Below are positions 50,254 through 62,765 of a DNA stretch of 64,000 nucleotides, in pieces (position 1 is the first letter of the stretch; each line of letters begins with the position of its first letter). This stretch comes from Trichodelitschia bisporula. Its lineage: Eukaryota. The position numbers and the translations under genes are program-made. The stretch spans positions 514,691 to 578,690 of the forward strand of contig ML996689.1 in assembly GCA_010356995.1 (NCBI GenBank), given 5' to 3'. The notes beneath the pieces are model-generated. The model made no database searches, was not told the DNA's origin, and worked only from the letters and a program-made list of their open reading frames with translations.

Positions 50254-51858
50254 ATGCGCCTTCTTCATACCACCTCCTACAAATTGAAGTCCTTCAGTGG
50301 TCCTCCTGACCCATATTGTATTATTTCCCACAAGTGGAGCCAGACACACGATGACATGACTTTCCAGCAATTGAATCAGATGCACTCCGGAGGCGACCCC
50401 AAATCCATGGAGCATCCAGGATTCGCAAAAATCAGAGGAGCCTGTGGGACTGCCTATGGGGCGGGCGGCTATCAATGGATATGGATCGACTCCTGTTGTA
50501 TCAACAAGGAAAGTTCAGCTGAGCTTGGTTACTCCCTCAACTTCATGTACCGCTGGTATTGACAAGCTCAGTTGTGCATAACCTACCTCGACGACGTCGA
50601 TGACTGGGATTTATCGGTCAGTGCCATATGGGGCCAGCACAACAAGATACAATTATCCGAGGACATGAAGGCCCGGCTCCGGAAAAGTCGTTGGTTCACA
50701 CGAGGCTGGACACTTCAGGAGTTGGTGGCTCCCCGCCCCGGCTGCTTGCAGTTCTATGGGAAGCACTGGAACTTGCTCGGAACCAAAGAGGGGCTTCGTG
50801 ACGTGCTCCTGGATAGCACGGAAATTCCCGTAATGTACTGTCGGACTGGGTGCAATGTGAAGAGTGCAACATCGCGCAGCGAATTTCCTGGGTGGCCCAT
50901 CGAGCCACAGCAGTCGAAGAAGACATGGCATACTGCTTGATGGGAATATTTGGGATCCATATGTTACCCAACTATGGTGAAGGTCTCGAATATGCGTTCT
51001 TGCGGCTGCAGGAGGAAATTCTAAGGAGGAGTGCGGATCAGACCATCTTCCTCTGGACGCCGGATCGCGAAAAATACAACCAAGGTCTGCTGGCAACCAA
51101 GCCGTCATCTCTCAGAAGATTGAGGGGATCCCTGTTGACGCTATACTCTGAATTAGCATTCACGCCGTCCCTTGGACCACGCGGTTTACAGGTTTCGGCC
51201 CTGTTGGAGGAACCCTCGACTGAAGGCAGCCCAGCGTCTTGGATGATCTGTCTTGATGTGCTGCGGAACAATAAGCGGATTGGCTTGGAGCTTGAAATGG
51301 ACCATACTAGCTCCAAGTTCGTGGCAAGGTTAGGGGCATTTCGACGCTGTGATAAAAAGACAGATGCCATTTCATCAACCTTGGAGTTAGGAAATAGAAG
51401 ATTCACATGACAGATCATTTTTGTGTCTCAACTGCCAGTCTTTGAACCTACGAGAGTGGAGAATTGAGCGGAAACTTCATTCGCATACCAGGCGCCAACC
51501 GAGTGGACATGTACCTCGATACGGTGGATCTGCAAGCAACGACGACAACAACAGAGAGACCTGTCTTTTGCAAGGGGGGATCGCGCTGTATCGCCATGAG
51601 TACCGTTCGGGCGTTCTTGAAATATTATATGCGGTATGCTTTGGGTTGAAAGGAGAGGATAATGTACCGTGGTGTACAGTCACACCAGCGGTGGAGGGGC
51701 GTCTAGAAGAGAGATATCAAGCAGTGGAAAGACTGAACCATCGATACACCAGCTCGGATGCAGAGTTGATGGCTTGTGGACACAAGGTCGTATGTGAGCA
51801 CATGTATATGCCAAGAGGAGGAAATGCAAGTTTTTACCTCAATCTTGATTGTACGTAG
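50254..51858 (+). pseudogene. HET-domain (heterokaryon incompatibility) pseudogene
   Basis: MRLLHT, YCIISHKW, WIWIDSCCINKESSAEL...MYRWY*, SRWFTRGWTLQELVAP, EDMAYCLMGIFGIHM.PNYGEG..AFLRLQEEI. Stop at 50560-50562, frameshift ~50830, further stops from 51408. Confidence 0.88.
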
Positions 51859-52296
51859 GGAAAATTGGACACCCAAATAATGCGAGAAACGCGAGATGAA
51901 TGACAATGGCTATGTACATGAATGAAGAAGCCTGAGGATGTATATCGTGAATTTCACGTAAAAGCCATCGTAGAAAGGGGAGAGTTGCGATGCAAGTGTA
52001 CCCCGTACGCCCCTCACAAATTCCCCGGGCGCCAGCAGCGACTTGGCAAGATTGCCTCGACCCCCTGCGCCAGTCGGCGTCGCAGACTCGCATCTCGCAG
52101 ACGCGCCATGTACTCCTTGCACCCATCCGTCTCAAGATACACCCAACCATCGTCTCCCTTTCCGACTCGACATCTGCACCTCGTCCGGCCATGCACCATC
52201 CTCTCACTCATCTTCCTCCTTCTCTCCAACTCCGCTAAACCCCTCAGAGAAGGAAGGACGCTTGTTCTGTAAACGTCTCCTGCTGCAGCTGCTGCA

Positions 52297-55200
52297 ATGC
52301 CGCGCCTCTGGCTTGATGCGACTCAGGACGATCAGTTCAATGATGGCCATCAGCAAGCCCTTCCCGACCGCTCATCTAACACCGTTGCTAGACCTCCAGC
52401 ACCACCGTACCTCCCTCAGAATCGCGCACCTCGTCAGCAGCACCGTCACGTTCTCCCCCTCCCCCCGCTGCACTCTCCTACCCCCCCCGAACGCCGTCGC
52501 TCCTCTGCGACGGTTCCTCATGCACCCTCTCCGACCGCAAGGGAAGCTAAACGGCGAAGCGAACGCAATGTAGCCTCATTGTCGTCGCCAGAGGTCATCT
52601 CGTCTCTCATCGACTCCCTCTCCTCCATCTCTATCCCCGCCGACGGCCACTTTGAAACGTCAACTCCCGTTCATGGTGCTCGCACTACCCCTGCTTCGCC
52701 TGTAATTCGGCCAATGCGTTCGTTTGGTGGAGAATCTGGAGGCAGTTTCGGCATCGACTACGGTGCCTACAAACAATCGCTGCGAGACGAGTTCGTCGAG
52801 CCGGACGACGCTGCCGAGCCGCCCGTTATCCGCACGTCAAAACGACCATCTGGCTTCTCCGACGTCACGGCTCCAAGAGGGAGGAAGGGTTCGGCCGCAT
52901 TGGGAGCATACATTCGATCTGGCGCTGCGCGAAGTTCCTCGTCTCTGATATCATTTGGTCGCGACGACGATGCGGCAAGTTTTACCGGGTTCAGCATCGA
53001 CAACACCACGCGCCGCCGTTCCATGGCTAGCGTGAGCAGAGAATCCTTTGAAAGTCGACGTAGCGCCAAAAAGGGCCATCGCAGTTTTACCGCTCTGGGT
53101 TCTAAAGATCGCCGGCGAAGCAAGGAAACAGACCCGAAGACAGATATGGGGAATGTGGGCGCAATAATTACGGAGTACCTCTACACTCCCAAGACCAACT
53201 TAATGCCAGGCAGTCCCACAAGTCCCAAGCGGCCGATGGCGTTCGACACAACCATAAAGGAGGAAGGTTCACCACATGAAGAACAGGCACCGCCTAATAG
53301 GTTGCCGAAGAAAAGAGAAGAGAGACTTTCTTTGATCGACACAACCAATCTTCCCAGCCCCGGGTTTGCTCCGCCTGTCCCCTCGCGCAGATCCTCACTG
53401 CGGCTCCAGGATGCGCCGACCCCTAACAACAGGCGATCGCATTCGCCGCGAAGATTCAGTGGTATATCCGCGACCAAGAGTGTGACTGTGACGGAGGAAA
53501 ACGAAACTCGATCTCTGCGCGTGCTTAGCACAATGGACGGCGACGATACGGAGGTCACAAAACGCATCAAGGAACTTAAGGCACGCAAGGAGCAGCGCGA
53601 CAGGGAATCTAGCCAGTCCATAGGGCCGGCATCGGCGGACCCTAGATGCACGGACCCAGGCGGTACATCCCCTCTATCTGACCACAGTCCTGCCGATGCT
53701 TCTACAAAGGCTCGGAAAGTCCTCGGACTGGCCTCTATCCATATTCCTCCTCCTGGACCACTCCCGGAGAAGCGCCCTTCCCGGGACAGCGGGATTTGCA
53801 GCGCCCATCTCAAGGCCGAACCCGAGCCAAATCGTCCCGGAACACCGCTAACACCCACACCACTTCCCATCAACTATGCATATGTCGTCCAGTCCTTGAA
53901 CTCAGACTCCCCTCCACCGGGTAAGCCAAGCTCGATCAGAGGCTCGATTCGTAGTACGGCCCCGAGCACCACCAGCCAGACACATCGCACTCACGCCGTT
54001 GGCGGCCGCTCCGCTGTCTCTCGCACCACAACTTCAAAGTCCTTATTATTGGAGACATCTCCACCGCCGCGCGATCCGCCTCCAGCACCTCCGGTAAACA
54101 TCAGCACCAATGCTGAAGTTACCCACGATCCCTCCGGGACAACCACACCCGTTGATCGCCAGTCGACCGAAACCTTTCCCACGCCCCGTGATTCGGCCTC
54201 ATCCGTTTCAACGTCCAAGCCCCGGAACTCAGCCTCTCTCCGCAAGCAGCGACGCCGCTGGTCCCACCCGGACCCTTCTTCGACCCTCGAGCGCCGCTCT
54301 AGCATGCGTTCAACATCTGCTTCTGGTCCTAAAGTCCCCACTCCGAACGTTGATACCCTTGCGGTTAAGCATCCCGAGACGGTGCTTGAGGAGGCGAACT
54401 ATGGTCGACCGTCCAGTGCCGACTCAGATATGGCAGTCCTGGCTGCGGTGCGGGCTTTTGTGGAACATCCACGTCTAAGTCGACGGATCCGTCATCCGGT
54501 GTCCGGCCGAGTCATAGCCTTCTCAGAAGTTGGGGATGTCAACGGTCATGCAGTATTTGTCTGTGTCGGCATGGGCTTGACAAGATATGTCACGGCATTT
54601 TACGATGAACTGGCAAGCGCATTGGGCCTCAGGCTCATAACACCGGATAGGCCTGGCGTTGGTGAAAGCCATACTGACCCCACTGGGACGCCTTTGAGCT
54701 GGCCTGGTATGTTCTCTAGACTGAATATATGCATTTGCTAACCCTGCTACAGATGACGTTCTTGCCATATGCCAAGCCCTGCATATACCTAAGTTCTCTA
54801 TTGTGGCTCACAGTGCTGGCGCAATCTATGCTCTGGCCACCGCTCTGCGCATGCCGCAGCATATCCGTGGTCGTGTACACCTCTTAGCACCCTGGATTCC
54901 CCCATCTCAGATGGCCCCGGTGGGGCTTGCAAAAACAGACCCACCTCCCGGAGCACAGCTACCTAAGTCTCAGCGCTTCTTGCGCGTCCTTCCGGCCCCC
55001 TTCCTAAAAGTTGCCAACTCGACCTTTCTCTCCGCCACAAGTGCTTCTCTCAGCCCTAACACTACCGGTGGCAGTGGCGGGCGTAAAAAGCGCAAAAGCC
55101 TACTCAGCAGTAGGGAAAGCACGCCATCCCCCTTGCCACCGCGCCCGAGCGCCAACCCACCGCATCGGCCTGGGCACACACGCCGCGAGAGCATTCTGCT

Positions 55201-55720
55201 GATGGACCAGCAAAACATGCCGGATGGCGAGGCAATGAAGGCTGCACGTAGTACACGTGACCTACGCACCGCAGCTAGCGCAGTTGGCTATTTGGAGAAG
55301 GAAGCGGCAGCACAGTCGCACAACTCCAAGAACTTCGAAGACGATCCAGCGTGGCGTGCGGCATATGACGACCGGCTTACGTTAGCCATCTGGGAACTGG
55401 CGACGACACATGCCAACCCCGCGGTCGACCTGCTTGTGTGCTTGGAACGGCACCAGCCGATCGGGTTTCGCTACCAGGATATAACTCGCGCTGTGGTGAT
55501 ACATCACGGGTCCGAGGACAAGCGCGTGCCTGTAGAGAATGTACGCTGGCTTGGACGATGTATGCGCAGGTGTGAAGTTCGTGTTCTTGACGGGCAAGGA
55601 CACGGGCTCATGGCATCTGCGCTGGTAATGGGAGGTGTGTTAGAAGAGATGGGGCGGGAGTGGAGGGATTGGGAGAGCGCGGTACGGAAGGGCATGGAAG
55701 GGAAGAAGCGCGAACTGTGA
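52297..55720 (+). CDS. Alpha/beta-hydrolase-fold protein with long Ser/Pro/Arg-rich N-terminus
   Basis: GRVIAFSEVGD, LRLITPDRPGVG, VAHSAGAIYALA, HHGSEDKRVP, GHGLM. Intron ~54707-54752. Confidence 0.88.
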
Positions 55721-56382
55721 GTCCTTGGTTACGTGTTATTTCGCTGTCAATGCTGTTGTTCCTCTGTTATCGTGCCTCCTGTCGTGGCGCCTTCAATGTT
55801 GGCATTGCGGCGTTTTGGGGGGATCTACATTTGGAGGTGGCGAGGATACCCTTTCTCCTATTTCGCGCATCGTATTCCCCGATCTCTTTGTCTGGGTAAA
55901 CATTTTTGCTTTCTTTTCACATTTTAATATCGGGCCTTGGTTTTTGCACGCCGTTCCTTGCGCCATGATGCATTATGTGGACCGCGGATGGGCGGCGGGT
56001 GGGCGGAGGGAAGTGAGCCTGCAGCAGGTATGATGCTCTGCAAATAGCTTTATTACTACTGCGCTGCAATATTCATAGCGGTGAGGCTGCACGTTGTAAT
56101 ATAAAGGACGAGTAAGTCCATCAAGCTCTACAAAGTGCTCCGACTCCTCGGCCACACGTCTCCAAATCCAGAAATATCCAAAACTTTTGTGGCTGATTCA
56201 CCTTGCTTAAGGTTGTTCAGCCTGCACTAGGGACTTCTATTGTCACCGGATGGGTGTGATGGCAACATTGTAGTATACAGTGGAGTAAGAGATGTATACG
56301 GATGTATGCTCAACAGCGTTCACCTCAATTTCAAATTGAACGATGCTCACTTTAGGATGTCTACTGGACTTACGACATGGCT

Positions 56383-57850
56383 TCAACCCGAACTGCGCCT
56401 CTTGCTTTGCAGATTATCACATTTGATATTTGCCCCACCCATTCCCTCCCACAGACAACCCTACTCCAACCCCCATGAATCAGTCCCACCCCTATTCTGA
56501 AAGGACAAAAGCCCAACCTCATCTATCGGAGGTGGGGGAAACAGCTTATGCCAGTAATGCCACAACAGCACAGTGACAGCCGTGAGTGGTAGCGCAAACA
56601 CCCAAAATATCCAAATCTTCTCCGACATGTGCCATTTCCCAGGTTGGCCATCTGAAGGGGGCGTGTAGTTGAAGAAACTGGTGCTGAATATAGCCTAGAC
56701 AGGTCAGGATACGAGAAAGAGGAGACTCTGTGGAGCGAAAACCCACCGAGATAAACGTCGACGGCAAAAACGCCAGCGTCATAAACGCAATCGTCCGCAT
56801 CGCCGAGTTATCCTGCCGCGCCGCATGGCCAATCTGAACGGAAATCCGGCTGTCATACTGCGCAACGATATTGAACGACTGACAATTAGCATCGCATCAT
56901 TATGTCAGCCGGCCAACTCACAAGGTTAATCTCGTTCGACAACCGCTCCTTATTCGACTGCTCCCGCAGCTTCAGCCCCTTGAGCAGGTGCTCCGCAAAC
57001 CTTAGCTGCTGCAGATGCGCCCGCCGCACCGCGCCCATGCCGCCGCCCGGGACCCGCACCGCAAAGCCCTCATGCCCCGCGATTATAGCATGCACAGTGC
57101 TTACCGCCAGATCCAGCGTCTCTGCCACGTGGATCGCATGGCGTGCTACATCATGTAGGCGGGGATAATCCGGCGACGGCCGCGTGCCGCTCGGGCGGCG
57201 CGTCTCGATGTCGCGCAGCAGGTTGCGGATGCGCCATACGGCGGATTCCTGCAGTGAGATGATGGGGTAGGTGAGGAGGCGGGCGTGGAAGGCGTAGGGG
57301 TCTGCGAGGAAGGCTGTTGTGAGGTCTGCGAGGTAGCATGGGGGCTGGTTGTCTTTGAAGTCGTTGCTGAAGGCTTCGGGGGGGTCGAAGACGAGGACGG
57401 TGGTTCGTCCGGGCTCCCAGCGGGTGAAGATGTTGAACTTTTGCCAGAAGTAGTCCTTTTTGTGGGGATTGCTGCCTTGGACTTGCTTGATTAGGAAGCG
57501 GAGCCAGGTATCTATGGTGGGTTAGGGGCGGGATCTCCCGAGGCGAGGCAGGAACTGACTGTGGCCATCGAACTTTCCATCGGCGTCGAAGGTGTCTTCG
57601 CATCCAAAGTAGCCGTTAGCTCGTCGTACGCAGTGTGTCCACCAGAGAGCTGGCATGCGGAACGCTTCGCAGATCGAGACTCGGCATTGGGTACAATCGC
57701 GGATCAGCGCTGCTGGTGCGAAACTTGACGAGGCTTAGCACTAAACATGACGACTTCACGAGCTCTTCTCACATTATAGTAAAGGATGCGTTCCTCCCCT
57801 CCTAGAATTCGCTCAGCATCTCAACGACATCCAAAAGTTGGTTAGTTTAC
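56383..57850 (-). CDS. Fungal CorA-like (Mg2+ transporter-like C-terminal TM pair) protein; 5' end unresolved, possibly disrupted
   Basis: RLHDVARHAIHVAETL, SNKERLSNEINL, AARQDNSAMRTIAFMTLAFLPSTFISAIFSTSFFNY, IWIFWVFALPLT. TAG at 57802-57804 in the putative upstream exon. Confidence 0.7.
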
Positions 57851-58878
57851 TCTGCCAATGCCCTTTATTGATAGATGCCTTTCTGACACAATGCGCTTAG
57901 TCCACGACTCTCCATCTGTTCTTCCTTAGCAGCTGGACTAACTACCCTTGCTCATTCACTTACTCTCCTCGAAGATCGTCAGATGCGAAAATCCTTTACA
58001 GTCTTTCTCTAGCATCGCGGAAACTTCAGCTAGTGCAGCTAGTGATACTAATGATGTGATAGAAAAATAAGCTTGTGGTCATCAGCCACCGTCAAGCTGG
58101 TGATATCTCCGCTCGACAGTTTATACCTTGACCGCTCCTCAGCCGCTTATGCACGCCACCTATATCCCATGTTCCCGGTGGGACACTCGTGGCGCACAAC
58201 AGCCAATATGCGACAGGTCCACGCGCACAAAACGCCCTGCACAGCCCGCAGGCAGGGCGGTAGCGGTACTCGCCGCAAAAGCGCCGCAGCAGACAAGGAG
58301 GCATCCCCGTAGGTCTCGCGTCAAAGTAGATCATTAAGCGATGCCCGCCCACCGCAGACCGCAGCCCCCCTATGCGGCTCTGCGCTGTGCAATCACCTTC
58401 CATCTCCGTCATCACCCCCCCGTCGAGAATGGGTAAGGCGCGGTCTCGACAGGTCGAGAGGCCGAACCCTGCCCCTTGCTTCTAACTGCGGTCCAATGGG
58501 ATGGAACGTGGTCCGATTCTGTGTTTCGATGCGCAGGCTGCGAGGCCAGTTTTGAGGTCGCAGACACCGGCTTTTGGGGCTGATAGGGGTGTGTTCTTTG
58601 TGCTTTGATTCCGGCTGTGGAACACGCCGAAGGCTGAAGAATGGATATTCTTAGCCAAGCAACTTTTCGTAACCCCGCGCCGAGAGAGCATGTTGGCCTG
58701 TGGTGGCTTGAAAGAGTCACCGGGGGCAAGGCGACGGTGGTTCGCGATGCGCTCGTCGTCGCTGGGGTAAATAGCTGCGCCGCCGCATGTGAGCCTTATC
58801 GTACAACGAAGCATTTTCCAGGGCAAAAATTCGTGTACTCTGATATTCATTGCTGCAATCAGCCTTGCCAACATCATC

Positions 58879-60714
58879 ATGGTTGGTCAGAAAGACAAAC
58901 ACCCGCTGCAGCGTCGGCTACGCAATACGCCTGTTTGCATTCTGTGCGCTCGCCCAAAGGAAGCCGAGAAGATTGCGTCCACACTAAAAGCGGGGGAGAA
59001 GGTAGCAGGGCACCAAATCTCGCCCACCTACAAGGGACTCACGTTTTGGTTCGGGGCCTTCACCCTAGCCGACGGCAGCGAGCTTGCATATTATGTCACG
59101 TATTCGAGAAGACAAGGAGTCCAATCCTTCATTGTCGACGCGAGTATCATATTGCACACACTGCGACCCCGATATGTGGTTCACTCTGGGGTCTGCGCCG
59201 GCTTCCGGGATCCCGAGGGAACAATCCAGTTAGTCGAACCTCCAGCCCAGAACGTCAGCTGATGCAAGGCAGACTTACAGATGTGATATTCGGCGAGGCT
59301 GGCATCAACTATGAGGAAGGCAAATGGGAAGTCCACGGCGAAGAGATGGTTTTCCTGCCGGATTGGGATACCGTCCGGGTGTCCGCCGGGGACATGCAGT
59401 CCTTTGCCGAATACCGGCCCAGGACCCACTACGGCGACTATCTTACCGGCTCGGCAGTGAGAGGAGACGCCGAGCGCGTTTTCAAGCAGGCTAAATCGGT
59501 GGGTCATCCGCGCGGGGTTTCTGGACTGTCTAACTTTCGAAGCTTGGCCGAAAGGCAATTGCGCTCGATATGGAAGCCAGCGCATTCATCAAGCTCTGCA
59601 GCGCTGATTACCATCAATTCTTCAGCGAGATCACCTGCCTTGGGGTCATCAAGGGTGTCTCTGATTTCGGAGACGCCCACAAGTCCGCCGATCAAGATGG
59701 CGGTGCCTACGATACTGCGCTGGAAAACACGGCTGTGGCGCTGCGAGACTGGATCACTCACCAAATAGAAGCCATCACCTGGAAGCCGAACTATGGTGAG
59801 CATGATGTTGCTCATCCAGCCGGTTGCTGACGAATTCAGACGATGAACCAGCCGCGGACCTTGTTCCGGGATACTACAACAATTTTGTCCACTGGCTCGT
59901 CCAAACGCTAGATTTCCATCAGGAGGCGAAGCTGAAATCAGATCCAAACATCCGGGTAAGTGATGCCTTCCGGGTAAAGAGTTGTCCTAACCGCTGCCAG
60001 ATCCCTGGCTGTGAGATCTTAGGCCTGAAAGTTGTCATGCCTCCTGAGAACGACCCCGTGTCCTTTTCGCAGTCGGCTTTCGATCGCGAGGTTCGCAAGC
60101 AGTACAACATGGTCCACCTCTTGATTGGACAGGTGTGTGTCTCTTCTCGTGAAGATTTGCCGCTGACTGGGGACCAGGATGAGAAGGCGAGAGACGTGAC
60201 GTATAAGGCCGGATACCTCATTGACTTTCCGCGCACCATCAACTCACTGGTGAAATACGAGGACCGCGTCTGGCAGGCCGAAGTGTTTGCCGCTATCCTC
60301 AGCCAACAGCCTTACTTCTCGGTCCCAGAAACCACTAAGATTCGTCCATTCGCGAGTGTTTGCTCCTTCGAGAAGTTCCAAGCCTTCATGGAGGAGCAGA
60401 AGGACAGCGAAGATCCAATCGACAAGTACATGCGGCCGGGGGAGTCCGGGGACGAGCAGACGACGCTGGGACAGCCTCCTACCGGCCCCCAAGGTTCGAA
60501 AACTCGAGAGCCAACGGTAGTGGAGGAAGTCAAACCAAAGGCTGCTTCATCGACTCTTGATACAGAGTCTCGCTCAAAATCTCTTCCGCTACAAGCTCTT
60601 GGATCGGGCGAGCAAGCTCCTACGAAGGCGATGCGTCACAGAATATCGATGCCGCGCTTCCGGTTTTTCGGCCGTCGGCTGCATTCTGCGCCCGCGGAAG
60701 GGATGGCAGCTTAG
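58879..60714 (+). CDS. PNP_UDP (nucleoside phosphorylase / MTA nucleosidase fold) fused to a C-terminal STING-like domain, 6 exons
   Basis: Introns 59229-59272, 59499-59542, 59796-59839, 59956-60000, 60133-60177 give one open frame. PNP motifs HSGVCAG, ALDMEASAF, VIKGVSDFGD..K are clear. The C-terminal ADLVPGYYNNFV, LKVVMP, LIDFPRTINSL, EDRVWQAEVF are STING-like by eye. Confidence 0.8.
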
Positions 60715-61371
60715 CAGTTGGTGATCAGGAACGCCGCTCTGAGGTGTTAAATCGAGCTGGAAGTTCGTGGTTATGGTGAGCCGTTAGTGGGCCTAGATGA
60801 TTTGTTACTGCGTACCAAGATGGTTGTACTGACGTCTTTTTGGAAGTGTTTGGAGCCTTGAGAGGGTTGGATGAGATGCAAAGTGCTAGATTTATTGATT
60901 TTGTTGAAGAGCTGCGGAGTTAACGTGGAGATGATGTGATCGGTAGTGACGTGCATGCCGTTCAACCCTGGGGAAGGAGTAAACGACACCAAGATGGATC
61001 CTGCAGACCTTGAAAAGCTTCATTCCACATCATTCCTTTCACAAGATGTTGCCAGACACGCCAGACCACTAACCTTACAGCATTACTTTCTCATCAAACT
61101 TTGTTCATGCTACAGTACGCTGACTCTGGAAGCGAAGAAAATTTGCTCTCAGTTCCAATACCTCAAATGCGGCCCCTTGGAACATTTTTGATAAGATACG
61201 AGTATGGGATGTCGCATGTCATCGTGTGCTGCGGACGCGCATGAATGATGCTTTAGGGCTTGCTGGTTGCAACGGCCCTCGACTCGTCCATGGCTTGCAA
61301 GTGTGGGCGGGGCAACCTCTCTCCACTCTCGACCACTTCATCATACTCTATATCATCTCCTCTCCCGGAAA

Positions 61372-62308
61372 ATGTCTACGATGCGCGCTCTCTTCATCCT
61401 CTCTACCCTTGCATCTTCAGTATTTTGCTGGGGAAATCTCGGGCATCGCACCGTCGCTCTGCTGGCAGAGCAAGACTTCACGGAAGAGGCGCAGGCCTTC
61501 GCAAAGCAGCTGCTGAACGGGACGGACATCGATACGGCGGCCATCTGGGCAGATAAGTACAAAGACACGCCTGATGGGCGACCGACAGGAAGCTGGCACT
61601 TCGTCAACGCAAACGACACGCCTCCGCTCGCTTGCGATGTCGTTCCGCGCCGGGACTGCGCGCAGAGCTGTATTCTCAATGTCATTCCTAACATGGTGTG
61701 TCATTCATGAGTTACGGTACCGTCCGATGCTGACCTCCTAGGCTCGGCTCCTGAGGAGCCTAGATACGACATTGCCTGAGAAGATGGAGGCTTTCAATTT
61801 TCTCATTCATCTGGTTGGCGACCTGCACATGCCGCTGCATGTCGAGGGCCTCGCGCGTGGCGGAAATGATATTCATGTCACTTTTGCCGCCGAACCCACG
61901 ACTCTGCACATCATATGGGATGTCCACATTCTGCAGAAGCGCGCCGCCGAGTATGGCACCGACGAGCGCGCAGCTGCAAAGCGGTGGGCACAGGAACTTC
62001 ACAACAGGAGCTACGATTTGACCTCAAGGGCTGCCGGGTTGCAGCATTATTTGTCTGACCCGCACCCTGTTGATCTTGCCCAACCTGAGGAGGAAATCCT
62101 CGCGTGGGCCCAGGAATCCAACTCGTGGGTTTGCAGATATGTCTTGAAAGATGGGCAGACCAGTGTTTCCGGCCGCGAGCTCTCTGGTGGCTACTATGAG
62201 GGCGCAGTGCCCATCGTCGATGAGTTGATTTGGAAAGCTGGCAAACGATTGGCATCGTGGATTAATGCATTGGCGGCGGAGCAGTCCCGGTCACCGGTCG
62301 GGCCCTGA
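61372..62308 (+). CDS. S1/P1 nuclease (secreted)
   Basis: Signal peptide then WGNLGH, WADKYK, WHFVN, FLIHLVGDLHMPLH, GGN, LHIIWD, AGKRLASWIN. Intron 61696-61741. Confidence 0.93.
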
Positions 62309-62765
62309 GCAGACCGGCCCTAGGCTCTCCACTTGAAATCCGTATTCCGCATCGAAACAGTTTCGAGGTGATGAAAGTGCCTTGCAACTTTGCTGCACTC
62401 TGAAAATGGCGCTGCACATAGGAAGTCCCTTGGCAGCCAGGAGCAGCTCAACATTGACTGGGCCAACCACTGCAACCTCGTTGCTACGGTGGCCACCACT
62501 GCTGTGGTCACACAACTTCCACAGCCACCTTTCGCACGAAACCAGATGAATGGTAAAATTCCGTTATCGCTTCGCTTCACACTGGCTGCGGCGCCACAGT
62601 GGGCGACGGCGGACGAAGAGACACTTACCTGCGACCTGGAGCTCAGCCTCTTCTCCCATTTCCTTCATGAACGCGCTTTTTCGGCGCTCAATCCCGCAAA
62701 GTCGAGCTCACCGACCAGGTTTAGCCCTTTTAGTCCCAATCTCAAGTCATTTCTCTTCTTTCATC

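Noticed and set aside
58641..59768. 375-aa ORF as a real protein
   Set aside because: Only its middle (59273-59498) is exon 2 of the PNP-STING gene; the rest is off-frame or intronic.
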